A stretch of 46,391 nt of DNA from Candidatus Methylomirabilia bacterium (GTDB taxonomy: Bacteria > Methylomirabilota > Methylomirabilia > Rokubacteriales > CSP1-6), in the NCBI GenBank assembly GCA_041497895.1, contig JBGQHJ010000019.1, positions 1 to 46,391 of the forward strand. Direction: 5' to 3'. Position 1 is the first letter of the stretch, and each line of letters begins with the position of its first letter. This document shows, one piece after another, positions 20,167 through 29,557 of this stretch. Both the position numbers and the translations under genes were made by a program. The notes below the pieces were generated by a model. The model worked only from the letters and a program-made list of their open reading frames with translations. It was not told where the DNA came from and ran no database searches.

Positions 20167-20333
20167 GCGGTAAATGGCTGATTGGTATGGGCTTCCTGAT
20201 ATGGCCGGGCGCAAAGTGTCAGCCGGCGGCGGAAAATGAGCAGCCGGCCCGCCCCGGGACAGGACCGGCGCGGCAGTGCTACCATGACCACTGCACCGTC
20301 GCGAGCCGCTCACCCTTCTCGGGAGATTCGCCC

Positions 20334-21674
20334 ATGACGACCGACGCACAGGCCATCCGGCACCTCTGGACCCACAAGACGCAGGACCATCCGTTCCTGT
20401 CCGACCAGGAGCTGGTCGTCGACCGCGGCGAGGGCGTCTGGATCTGGACCGAGCGGGGCAAGAAGCTGCTGGACGGCTTCGCCGGCCTCGCGGTGGTCAA
20501 CGTGGGCCACGGCCGGCGGGAGATCGCGGAGGCCGTCGCGGAGCAGACGGTGCGCCTCGCCTACTATCCGACCACCCGCCAGTTCTCCAACCGGCCCGCC
20601 GCCGAGCTGGCCGAGAAGCTCGCGTCCCTCACGCCGGGCGACCTGCGTTACACGATGTTCGCGGTGAGCGGGTCCGAGGCCAACGAGCGCTCGATGCAGA
20701 TCGCGCGGCAGTACTGGCTCGCCGCCGGGAAGACCGGCAAGTACAAGGTGATCTCGCTGCAGGGCGGCTACCACGGCGCGACGATGGGCACGTTCGCGGT
20801 CTGCGGGCTGCCCCACCTGGCCCAGCCCTATCAGCCGCTCGAGGTCCCCGGCTTCGTGAAGGTGGCGCCGCCGCATCCCTTCCGCGATCTGGCTGGAGGC
20901 ACCGAGTCCGACCTGATCGCGCGCCGGATTGGCGAGCTGCGCGAGGCCATTGTGCGGGAGGGGCCGGACACGGTCTCGGCGGTGATCATGGAGCCGGTGC
21001 TCTCGTCCGGCGGCTTCATCATGCCGCCGATCGGCTGGCTCCGGGCGGTGCGCGCGCTCTGCGACGAGCTCGACGTGCTGATGATCGCCGACGAGGTGAT
21101 CACCGGGTTCGGGCGGACCGGCCGGTGGTTCGCGTGCGAGCACGACCAGGTCGTGCCGGACCTCATGTCGGTGGCCAAGGGCATCACCTCGGGCTACATC
21201 CCGCTCTCGGCCAGCATCGCGCGGGGCCGGCTCGCGGACGTCTTCTCCGACACCACCACCCAGGAGAACGTCCACCCCAACACCTACGCCGCCCACCCGG
21301 TGGCGTGCGCGGCCGCGCTCGCCAACCTGCGCATCATGGAGCAGGACCGGCTGGTCGAGAATTCCGAGAAGATGGGCGCGCGGCTGCTCGAGGGCCTGCG
21401 GGATGCGGTCGGCAAGCACCCGATCGTGGGCGAGGTGCGCGGGCGCGGCCTGATGGTCTGCGTGGACTTCGTGCAGCCCGACGGCTCCGGCAAGCCGCTC
21501 GATCCCAAGCGGGTGGCCGAGCTCGACCGCAAGGCGTGGGATCGGGGGGCCATCATCTACGCGCGCGGCACCGTGCTCCGCCTCGCCCCGCCCCTCTGCA
21601 TCACGCCGGGCGAGGTCGACCAGCTCGTGAGCATGGTCGCCGACAGCGTCGACTCCCTCCAGCGCGAGCTCTGA
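20334..21674 (+). CDS. Class III PLP-dependent aminotransferase
   Basis: LLDGFAGL, SGSEAN, YHG, IADEVITGFGRTG and SVAKGITSGYIPLS; GGGAG RBS. Confidence 0.93.
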   Translation: MTTDAQAIRHLWTHKTQDHPFLSDQELVVDRGEGVWIWTERGKKLLDGFAGLAVVNVGHGRREIAEAVAEQTVRLAYYPTTRQFSNRPAAELAEKLASLTPGDLRYTMFAVSGSEANERSMQIARQYWLAAGKTGKYKVISLQGGYHGATMGTFAVCGLPHLAQPYQPLEVPGFVKVAPPHPFRDLAGGTESDLIARRIGELREAIVREGPDTVSAVIMEPVLSSGGFIMPPIGWLRAVRALCDELDVLMIADEVITGFGRTGRWFACEHDQVVPDLMSVAKGITSGYIPLSASIARGRLADVFSDTTTQENVHPNTYAAHPVACAAALANLRIMEQDRLVENSEKMGARLLEGLRDAVGKHPIVGEVRGRGLMVCVDFVQPDGSGKPLDPKRVAELDRKAWDRGAIIYARGTVLRLAPPLCITPGEVDQLVSMVADSVDSLQREL

Positions 21675-21686
21675 GGCGGGGGCAGC

Positions 21687-23030
21687 CTATCCGAGGAACT
21701 CGCGGGCGAGGGCCTCCCACATCATGGTGGAGAGCTTGAGGCTCTCGGTGTCCACGCGCTCGTTGTGGCCGTGGAACATGAGGGGATACTCGGTGTAGGG
21801 GATGCGGAGCGACTGCAACCCGAAGCCGTAGGCGGGGACGCCCTGCCAGCGCCAGAACTTGGCGTCGGTCCCACCGGTGGTCATCTTGGGCACGACCCGG
21901 GTGCGCGGCATCAGCCGCGAGGTCACCCGCTCCATCGCGGCGATCAGCGGGGTGTCGTGGCTGCTCAGCGAGCCCTGCTGGCCGCGACCCTGCTTGATGG
22001 TCACCCGCGGCGCGAGGTCGCCGAGCGCCTCGATCACCATCGCGTCCACGTCCTCGGTGGTCACGCCGGGCAGGGCGCGGATGTCCACGTCGATCTCGAT
22101 GCGATCCGGGATCACGTTGGTCTTCACGCCCCCGTGGATGACGTTGGGCGAGAAGGTGGTGTGGGTGCAGGCGTGCGCCTCGCGGGCGAGGGCCAGGTTG
22201 TCCATGCCCCGAACCGTGTCCAGCACTCGCGCGGGGTCGGAGAGGCCCTGGGTCAGCTCGGGGCCGAGATCCATCGCCTTGACGTACTCGCGCCACACGT
22301 CGAGGATGCGCGCCTTCGGCTGGTACGCCGCGATGCGCCGCACGACCTCCGCCGCGGTGACGAGCGCGTTGTCGGTGCGGAAGGGCCGCGAGCCGTGGCC
22401 CGGCGTGCCCGCCACCGTCAGCCGGCGCCAGTTGGCCCCCTTCTCGCCGACGGTGACGCCGAGGACGTGCCCGTCGCGGGTGGGGATGGGCACGCCGCCG
22501 CTCTCGGTGATGACGTAGTCCGCCTTCACCATCTCGGGTCGCCGATCCACCAGGTAACCCGCGCCCAGGTTGCCGCCCGCCTCCTCGTCCGCCACCGCGA
22601 GGTAGATGAGGGTGCCGCGCGGGCGAAAGCCGTCGCGGGCGAGCCGCCGGGTCGCCACCGCCATGGTGGTGGTGAGGTTCAGCATGTCGATGGCGCCGCG
22701 GCCCCACACCACTCCGTCGACCAGCTCGCCGCCGAAGGGATCGCGCTGCCAGCCCTCCGGGCTCACCGGCACCACGTCGGTGTGACCCATCAGGAGCAGC
22801 CGCGGGGCCTTCGGTTCCGAGCCCTCGATGCGCGCGATGAGGCTCTCGCGCCCGGGCTCCGAGGTGTAGCGCTCGCAGGCCACGCCCGCGCCGTTGAAGT
22901 ACGCCTCGAGCGCCGAGACGCTCCGCGTCTCCTGGCCGGACGCCGCGGTGCCGTCGTTGACGCACCGGTTGCGGATCAGGGTGCGCAGCAGCTCGGTCGC
23001 TTCGGTCTCGACGGCCTGCTCGTCTCGCAT
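21687..23030 (-). CDS. M20/M25/M40 family metallopeptidase
   Basis: LMGHTDVVP, GRGAIDM, ADEEAGG, GGTDA and HGHNER. Confidence 0.92.
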   Translation of the reverse strand: MRDEQAVETEATELLRTLIRNRCVNDGTAASGQETRSVSALEAYFNGAGVACERYTSEPGRESLIARIEGSEPKAPRLLLMGHTDVVPVSPEGWQRDPFGGELVDGVVWGRGAIDMLNLTTTMAVATRRLARDGFRPRGTLIYLAVADEEAGGNLGAGYLVDRRPEMVKADYVITESGGVPIPTRDGHVLGVTVGEKGANWRRLTVAGTPGHGSRPFRTDNALVTAAEVVRRIAAYQPKARILDVWREYVKAMDLGPELTQGLSDPARVLDTVRGMDNLALAREAHACTHTTFSPNVIHGGVKTNVIPDRIEIDVDIRALPGVTTEDVDAMVIEALGDLAPRVTIKQGRGQQGSLSSHDTPLIAAMERVTSRLMPRTRVVPKMTTGGTDAKFWRWQGVPAYGFGLQSLRIPYTEYPLMFHGHNERVDTESLKLSTMMWEALAREFLG

Positions 23031-23053
23031 GAGCTCCTCGGTTCGATCTCGGT

Positions 23054-23077
23054 GGGGTCAGGTCTTACGTTCCGACA
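23054..23077 (+). repeat. Single arm of the GGGGTCAGGTCTTAC repeat
   Basis: GGGGTCAGGTCTTACGTTCCGACA is 23/24 identical to the reverse complement of 13230-13253; it spans the nudC stop. Confidence 0.75.
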
Positions 23078-23955
23078 TTTCGGCCGCCATTCGTGGCGAA
23101 GTTCCGGATGATCCAGCCCGCGATGGAGTGCCGCGCGGGCCCGACCGGCATCGCGTCGCTCGGGAACCAGCGCGCGTCCTCGAGCTCCTCGCGGTCGATG
23201 GCGATCTCGCCGCCCGCGTAGCTCGCGACGAAGCCAATCATGATCTGGCTCGGGAACGGCCAGTTCTGGCTGCCGACGTACTGGATGTCCTTGACGTCGA
23301 CGCCGACCTCCTCCTTCACCTCGCGCGCCACGCAGCCCTCGAGCGATTCCCCGTTGTCGACGAAGCCGGCCACCAGCGCGTAGCGGCCCGGCGCCCAGAT
23401 GGCCTTGCGCGCGAGCAGCACCCGGTCGCCGTCGCGCACGAGCACGATGACCGCGGGGTGGAGATGCGGGTAGTGCTCGTAGCGGCAGGCCCCGCAGCGC
23501 TTACCCCACTCGCCCTCCAGCCGTCCGGTGGGCGCGCCGCAGCGCGGGCAGTGCCCGCTGGTCGATTCCCAGTACAGCAGCTGCATGGCCATGCCGCCCA
23601 CCGTGAGCAGCTCGTCGGGCAGGCGCGTGCCCTGCATCGGCACGAGCGTCTCCGCGGAGAGCCCCTCGGGCACCGGGGCGTCCTTGGGCCGCGCGGCCAC
23701 CCAGCACGGGGCGCCGGCCCACGTGCCGAGCCAGTGCCGCGGCCCCAGCCCGTCGAGCCCGCGCGGCGGCGCGTCCGGGCTTTCCCCGGTCGGCAGCTGG
23801 AAGCCGTCGCCGTCGCGGGCCACCAGGAGCTTCTGGTCCTGGACCACGAGCCAGCGCCCGACCCCGGCCGGCGGCCCGCCGCCCCGCTTGGCGGGGGCGA
23901 ACTCGCCACGCAGGCAGTCGATGTTGAAGGGCAGGTAGACCGACAGCGGCGTCAT
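23065..23955 (-). CDS. nudC: NAD(+)/NADH diphosphatase (Nudix, zinc ribbon)
   Basis: HCPRCG...CGAC zinc finger, Nudix box GFVDNGESLEGCVAREVKEEVG and SQNWPFPSQ signature. Confidence 0.9.
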   Translation of the reverse strand: MTPLSVYLPFNIDCLRGEFAPAKRGGGPPAGVGRWLVVQDQKLLVARDGDGFQLPTGESPDAPPRGLDGLGPRHWLGTWAGAPCWVAARPKDAPVPEGLSAETLVPMQGTRLPDELLTVGGMAMQLLYWESTSGHCPRCGAPTGRLEGEWGKRCGACRYEHYPHLHPAVIVLVRDGDRVLLARKAIWAPGRYALVAGFVDNGESLEGCVAREVKEEVGVDVKDIQYVGSQNWPFPSQIMIGFVASYAGGEIAIDREELEDARWFPSDAMPVGPARHSIAGWIIRNFATNGGRNVGT

Positions 23956-24027
23956 CGGCGCGCCGAGTCTACCACGGAGAAAACGCGGTTGCGCTTCCGT
24001 CGCGGCTGGGCTACCACTAGCTCCCAC

Positions 24028-24528
24028 ATGAGCGACGTCTTCCATCGGCAGACCCGGATCGACCCGCCGGTGGCGGTGCGCGGCGAGGGACTCTACATCG
24101 TCGACGCGCAGGGACGGCGCTACCTCGACGCCTCCGGCGGCGCGGCGGTCTCGTGCGTCGGGCACGGCCATCCCGCGGTGGTCGCGGCCATCCGCGAGCA
24201 GGCGGAGGCGCTCGCCTACTCGCACACGAGCTTCTTCACGAGCCGGCCCGCCGAGGAGCTGGGCGCCCGCCTCGTCGCGGACTCGCCGGCCGGGCTCTCC
24301 CGCGCGTACTTCACCTCGGGCGGTTCCAAGCGCGCCCTGCACGCCGCGGTGAAGCGGGAGGCGATGGCTCGCGGTCTTATCGTGTACCGGATGGGTGGCA
24401 CCATCGACGGAGAGCGGGGCGATCACGTCCTCCTCGCGCCGCCGTTCACGGTGGCCGAGTCCGACCTGGCCACGATCACGGAGCGCCTGGGCGAGGCGGT
24501 GGACGCGGCGATCGCCGCCGCGCCGTGA
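24028..24528 (+). pseudogene. Class III aminotransferase remnant with an in-frame internal deletion
   Basis: The N-terminus (YLDASGGAAVSCVGHGH...FTSGGS) joins directly to the C-terminus (GTIDGERGDHVLLAPPF); the DEV/GRTG and catalytic Lys region is absent; 166 aa. Confidence 0.8.
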
Positions 24529-24556
24529 GCCCCGCGCCCGTGCTATCCTCCCCGCC

Positions 24557-25057
24557 GTGCCCGACCTGCTAGCGTCTCTCGCCGCCTCGGTCGCCGCGCG
24601 CCTGGTCGCGCGCCGCGAGACGGTGGCCATCTCCGAATCGTCGACCGGCGGCCTGATCTCGGCCGCGCTGCTCTCGATCCCGGGTGCCTCCGCGTACTTC
24701 ATGGGCGGCGGCGTCATCTATACCCAGGCCGCGCGGCGCGGCCTGCTCCAGGTGCCGGACGACGCGATGCGCGGCATTCGCTCGAGCACCGAGGCGGCCG
24801 CGCGCCTGATGGCCCGCACGGTCCGCGAGCGGCTCGGCACCACCTGGGCCCTGGCCGAGACCGGCGCGGCCGGCCCCACCGGCAACCGCTACGGTGACGC
24901 GGCCGGGCATTCCTGCTTCGCGGTGGTGGGCGCGGTGGAGGTGGCCCGCACGCTCGAGACCGGGCGGAGCGACCGCGAGGCCAACATGTGGGCCTTCACC
25001 CGCGCGGCCCTCGAGCTCCTCGACGCCTGCGTCCAGCAGGCCGGAGACAGATCATGA
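24557..25057 (+). CDS. CinA C-terminal / PncC-like NMN amidohydrolase family protein
   Basis: VAISESSTGGLISAAL, PGASAYFMGG and ETGAAGPTG. Start estimated at GTG 24557. Confidence 0.85.
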   Translation: MPDLLASLAASVAARLVARRETVAISESSTGGLISAALLSIPGASAYFMGGGVIYTQAARRGLLQVPDDAMRGIRSSTEAAARLMARTVRERLGTTWALAETGAAGPTGNRYGDAAGHSCFAVVGAVEVARTLETGRSDREANMWAFTRAALELLDACVQQAGDRS

Positions 25058-26097
25058 GCGACAAGACGATCCGCGTGGGGTTCGTGGGCGCCGGCGCCAA
25101 CACCCGCAAGCATCACCTGCCCAAGCTCAAGGCCCAGCCCGGGGTGGAGCTGGTGGCGGTCGCGAACCGCTCGAAGGAGTCGGGCGAGCGGGTGGCGCGC
25201 GAGTTCGGCATCGGGCGGGTGCACGCGGACTGGCAGGAGATCGTCAACGCGCCCGATATCGACGCGGTGTGCATCGGCACCTGGCCCTACATGCACTGCG
25301 CGATGACCACCGCCGCGCTGGAGCGCGGCAAGCACGTGCTCTGCGAGGCGCGCATGGCCATGAACGCGACCGAGGGCCGGCGGATGCTCGAGGCCTCGCG
25401 CAAGGCGCCTCACCTAATCGCCCAGCTCGTGCCCGCGCCCCACACCCTCGAGGTCGACGCGACCATCCAGACCCTGCTCGGGGAGGGCTTCGTCGGCGAC
25501 GTGCTGGCGGTCGAGCTGCAGGCCTCGGGTGGCCGCTTCGTGGAGCCGGACGCGTCGATGCACTGGCGGCAGGACATCGGGCTGAGCGGCCACAACATCC
25601 TCAACATGGGGATCTGGTACGAGGCGATGATGCGCTGGCTCGGTCCGGCCCAGCGGGTGACCGCGATGGCCAAGATCGCGGTGCCGCGCCGCAAGGACGC
25701 GGGCGGCGCCGCCCACGAGGTGCGCGTGCCCGACCACGTGGACATTCTGGCCCAGCTCCGCGGCGGCGCGGTGGGCCACCTGCGCTTCAGCTCGGTGACC
25801 GGGCTGGCCCCGGCGTCCGAGGTCTGGATCTTCGGCAGCCAGGGCACCCTGCGGCTCGAGGCCGACGCGCTCCGCCTCACCGGCGGCCGTCGCGGCGAAT
25901 CCGCGCTGCGCGAGATCCCGGTGCCGCCCCGGACCCGGATCGGCTGGCGGGTGGAGGAGGAGTTCGTCAACGCCATCCGGGGCCGCGAGAAGATCGCGCG
26001 CACCACGTTCGAGGACGGCGTGCGCTACATGGAGTTCACCGACGCGGTCACCCGCAGCGCCACCACCGGCCAGACCGCCGAGGTGAAGGAGCTCTAG
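25054..26097 (+). CDS. Gfo/Idh/MocA family oxidoreductase
   Basis: IRVGFVGAG, IDAVCIGT and GKHVLCEARMA; ATGA overlap with the cinA-like gene. Confidence 0.9.
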   Translation: MSDKTIRVGFVGAGANTRKHHLPKLKAQPGVELVAVANRSKESGERVAREFGIGRVHADWQEIVNAPDIDAVCIGTWPYMHCAMTTAALERGKHVLCEARMAMNATEGRRMLEASRKAPHLIAQLVPAPHTLEVDATIQTLLGEGFVGDVLAVELQASGGRFVEPDASMHWRQDIGLSGHNILNMGIWYEAMMRWLGPAQRVTAMAKIAVPRRKDAGGAAHEVRVPDHVDILAQLRGGAVGHLRFSSVTGLAPASEVWIFGSQGTLRLEADALRLTGGRRGESALREIPVPPRTRIGWRVEEEFVNAIRGREKIARTTFEDGVRYMEFTDAVTRSATTGQTAEVKEL

Positions 26098-26105
26098 CCT
26101 CTCCT

Positions 26106-26141
26106 CCCTCTCCCCTCAGGGGAGAGGGACAGGGTGAGGGG
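26106..26141 (+). repeat. REP-like palindromic element between convergent genes (may act as terminator)
   Basis: CCCTCTCCCC-TCA-GGGGAGAGGG hairpin followed by ACAGGGTGAGGGG; second copy at 9344-9379. Confidence 0.72.
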
Positions 26142-26150
26142 TGGTGAGCG

Positions 26151-27941
26151 CTACCCGAGCCGGTACCAGTAGGCGATGCGCCCGAAGATGGAATCCCACG
26201 AGTTGGGCTCCACCCCGGCCAGGCTGTTGGCGGCGGCGTGGACCACGTTGCGCCACGTGACCGGGATCACCACCGCGCTCTGGACGACCAGGTCGTTCAT
26301 CTTGACGAAGAGCGCGGCCCGCTTGACCGGGTCCATCTCGTTGTCGGCCTTCTTCCAGAGCCGATCGAACTCTGCGTTGCGCCAGCGGGGGATGTTGCGC
26401 CCGGTCCACCCGTTCTCCTTGTTCGGGATCTCCCAGGACACGAACTGGGCCATGAAGAGCTGGGGATCGAGGCCGGTGAACACGGTGTAGGTTTGCAGGT
26501 CGGCGTGGAAGCGGACGTTGGTGTCCACGTTGCTCACGTCGGAGGCGAAGAACACCGAGGCCGGGATCGCCTTCACCTCCATCTCGATGCCGGCGCGACC
26601 CGCGCCCTGCTTGACCACCGCCTGGATCTTCTGCACCGTCGAGTTGGCCGCGCCCTGGAAGAGCAGGCGGAGCCGCCGGCCGTCCTTCGACCGGACGCCG
26701 TCGGGGCCGCGGAGGTAGCCGGCCTGCTCCAGCGTGTCGTTCGCCTTGTCGACGTTGAACTCCCAGGTGCTGTTGTGGGAGCGGAAGCGATCCGGGGCGT
26801 TGAGGAAGTTGGCGGTGATCTGCCCGGACCGGCCGATCAGGTGCTCCTGGATGGAGGTGCGGTCCACCGCCAGGCTCAGCGCGGTACGCACCGACTGGTC
26901 GGTGAGGAGCGGGTGCGGGGCCTTCAGGCTGGAGCGCTCGCCGTCCACCTCGCGCCACGGGTCGGTCTGGTTGCACTGGATGAAGCTTACCCCGCTGCTC
27001 GGGATCGCCATCACCCGGCCCTTGCCGCCCTGCTCGATGCGGCGCAGCACCTCCTCCTCGAGCAACACGTAGTACGCGAAGTCGTACTCCCCGGTCTGCA
27101 GCACCGCGCGGGCCGCTCCCACCGCGTCGCCGCCGCACTTGATGTCGAGGCGGTCGAAGAACGGGCGGTTGGGCACGTGGTAGCTCCGGTTGAGCTCGGC
27201 GCGGATCAGGTCGCCGGGACGGAACTCGGTGAGGCGATAGGGACCGGTGCCGACCGCGGCGATCATGCCGATGGCGTCGCGCGCCCCGGTGCCCTTGACC
27301 GACTGGAAGATGTGGCGCGGCAGGAGCCCGCCGCCGGTGAAGGCGGAGGCCCAGTAGGGCTGCGGCTTCTTGAACACCACCTTGATCGTGTACTGGTCCA
27401 GGCGGTCGATGCGGGCGATCTCGTCGTAGGCGGCGCGGGTGCCCGCGGCGGTGGCCGGATCGATCGCGAACTCCCAGTTGAAGATGACGTCGTCCGCGGT
27501 GAAGGGGGCGCCGTCGTGCCACTGCACGTTGCGCTTGAGCCGCCAGGTGACCCACCGGCCGTCCTTGGCGAGGGTGCCGGCCTTCCAGTTCGGTATCTCC
27601 TCGGCCAGGACCGGCACGAAGGTGCCGTCCGGCGCGGCCGCGGCCAGCGGCTCGTAGAAGATCCGCTGGACCGTGAAGTCGCGGAGGCCGCGGCCGAAGT
27701 GCGGGTGGAGCAGGGTGGGGGCGTCCCACATCAGCATGCGCAGCGTCCCGCCGCCGCCGCGCCGCGTCGGCGTGAACTCGGCTTCGGGCGGCTGCCCCGG
27801 CGCGGCCCCGGCCGCGCCCAGGAGGGACCCCGCCATCGGCGCGCCGAGCCCGACCGTCGCCATCGCCTGCACGAAGCTCCGCCGGGTGAGGCGGCCTTCC
27901 TTCACCCGCGCGATCATCTCGCGCAGCCCGTGCTCGTCCAT
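26151..27941 (-). CDS. Orphan ABC peptide/nickel substrate-binding protein (family 5), Tat signal
   Basis: LTRRSFV twin-arginine motif; WHDGAPFTADDV and VGTGPY. Start ATG 27941 with GGAGG RBS. Confidence 0.9.
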   Translation of the reverse strand: MDEHGLREMIARVKEGRLTRRSFVQAMATVGLGAPMAGSLLGAAGAAPGQPPEAEFTPTRRGGGGTLRMLMWDAPTLLHPHFGRGLRDFTVQRIFYEPLAAAAPDGTFVPVLAEEIPNWKAGTLAKDGRWVTWRLKRNVQWHDGAPFTADDVIFNWEFAIDPATAAGTRAAYDEIARIDRLDQYTIKVVFKKPQPYWASAFTGGGLLPRHIFQSVKGTGARDAIGMIAAVGTGPYRLTEFRPGDLIRAELNRSYHVPNRPFFDRLDIKCGGDAVGAARAVLQTGEYDFAYYVLLEEEVLRRIEQGGKGRVMAIPSSGVSFIQCNQTDPWREVDGERSSLKAPHPLLTDQSVRTALSLAVDRTSIQEHLIGRSGQITANFLNAPDRFRSHNSTWEFNVDKANDTLEQAGYLRGPDGVRSKDGRRLRLLFQGAANSTVQKIQAVVKQGAGRAGIEMEVKAIPASVFFASDVSNVDTNVRFHADLQTYTVFTGLDPQLFMAQFVSWEIPNKENGWTGRNIPRWRNAEFDRLWKKADNEMDPVKRAALFVKMNDLVVQSAVVIPVTWRNVVHAAANSLAGVEPNSWDSIFGRIAYWYRLG

Positions 27942-28144
27942 GTGCCTCCGGGTCGTCCGCGTGGTAGAGGGTCCGACACCGATAGCGCGATGACGCGCCG
28001 AAGTCAAGGGCGCCGGTGGCGAGACCTTCGACGGCGGGTCGCACTGCCGAATGTTACGCAGTGCGCGGCGACGTGTTTCCAAAGCTTGGTGATAAATAGT
28101 CGGGGCCGTAGACTCGTCTTAGAGCAACGTCAGGTCCGAATGAG

Positions 28145-29533
28145 ATGACCCGCCCGCTTACCGCTTTCGCAACCTTTCTCCTCGCAGTGGTGCTGCCCGT
28201 CGGCGCTGCGCACGCGGGAGAGCTCTCGTCGGTCGATCCCGGGGTCTCGGAGCGTCCCCCGGATCTGCCGTCCTGGCTGATCGCCTCCCGCCTGGGCCGG
28301 CCGCTCGACGACACCGCCACCCGAGACGACGCGATGCTGGGCTCGGGCCTCAGCGACCTGGGCGCGGTGCTGCTCCGCGATGTTCCGACCCCCCCGATCA
28401 GCTCCGATCCGCTCACGCTGCGGAGCTCCGGCGAGGACTCGACCGACCTGCGCTCGCTGCTGGGCCGGGGCGAGCGCTGGCACCTGATGAGCTTCGGCGC
28501 CAACGCCAACGCCCGCCCGCAGGACGTCAAGGTGACCGCCTACGGGGCGGTCGCGTATCTCCCCAGCCTGTCGGCCCCGCGGCCGGACGGGGACCTGGGT
28601 TTCGGGCCCGCCACCGCGCCGGGCGCCGCCTTCGGCCTCGGGCTCGACGACCCGGAGGAGCCGGTATCGCTCGGTTTCAAGGGGGAGCTCGGCGGTCTCG
28701 GGCTCGAGGGAGGCGCGGAGTACCGCTCGGTGGGCAAGCGGCTCGAGCGGGTGGTCACCGGCCCCGCGTCCCAGAAGGACCGGGAGGGCACCGAGGTCTG
28801 GCTGGCCCAGCGCCTCGGGTTGCTGCGGCTCAAGCTCTCGCAGTCCGATCTCTCCGACAACGTGGACCGGGACCCCGCGCTGCCCCGGACCACCAAGACC
28901 CAGACTTCGGTGAGCGCGCAGATCGCCCCGCCCGCCTGGCCGATCTTCGGGCTCACCTACGCCACCGGAGACTCCGAGCGCACCTGGCTCACCGGGGAGG
29001 GCCGCACCCGCACGATCGAGCGCCAGACCTTCGACAGCGTGGCCGGGTCGGCGTACTACGGGGGACGGCGGTTCGACGTCTCGGGGACCTCGACCTACAG
29101 CCTGAGCCGAGACCCCGGCCGGTCCGATCGCGACATGACGTCGCTCTACCACGATCTGAGTCTCACCCTGCGCCCGATCGATACCATCACGGTCATGCCC
29201 TCGGTCGGGAGCGGGGTCGACCGCTACGATCGATTGTCCACGAGCTATCAGTCCGGCACCGCCTCGCTCCTGCTCACCTACACGCCGCCCGCGAGCCGGT
29301 GGAGTCTCTGGACCCTCGGGGCCTACACCGCGTCGCAGAGCAGCGACCGCACCGTGGACGGGCGAACCATGAGCGTGAGTGGAGGCCTGGCCTGCGGGCT
29401 CGGCAAGATCCTGGGCGGGCGCGCGACCATCTCGGTCGAGGCCGGCTACGATCGCTACGTCGACGGGATCTACCCCGACAGCTCGACGCGGGGCGCGTTC
29501 GGGCTGGTTCTCCTCAAGGTCGCGTCCTTCTAG
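28145..29533 (+). CDS. Hypothetical exported protein, probable outer-membrane beta-barrel
   Basis: Signal peptide ending AHA, many Thr/Ser/Tyr-rich alternating strands, C-terminal Phe (LVLLKVASF). Confidence 0.65.
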   Translation: MTRPLTAFATFLLAVVLPVGAAHAGELSSVDPGVSERPPDLPSWLIASRLGRPLDDTATRDDAMLGSGLSDLGAVLLRDVPTPPISSDPLTLRSSGEDSTDLRSLLGRGERWHLMSFGANANARPQDVKVTAYGAVAYLPSLSAPRPDGDLGFGPATAPGAAFGLGLDDPEEPVSLGFKGELGGLGLEGGAEYRSVGKRLERVVTGPASQKDREGTEVWLAQRLGLLRLKLSQSDLSDNVDRDPALPRTTKTQTSVSAQIAPPAWPIFGLTYATGDSERTWLTGEGRTRTIERQTFDSVAGSAYYGGRRFDVSGTSTYSLSRDPGRSDRDMTSLYHDLSLTLRPIDTITVMPSVGSGVDRYDRLSTSYQSGTASLLLTYTPPASRWSLWTLGAYTASQSSDRTVDGRTMSVSGGLACGLGKILGGRATISVEAGYDRYVDGIYPDSSTRGAFGLVLLKVASF

Positions 29534-29557
29534 TTCCCGCCTCCCCGAGGGGCGGCG

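Noticed and set aside
20167..20260. GGGCGCAAAG resembling part of a c-di-GMP (GEMM) riboswitch
   Set aside because: The upstream GGCAAAC/GNRA stem and the second hairpin are not evident; an Infernal/Rfam scan would settle it.
22894..24717. Mutually overlapping 544-aa (+) and 550-aa (-) ORFs
   Set aside because: These are upstream extensions of the aminotransferase remnant and nudC through each other's antisense strand; the true starts are 24028 and 23955.
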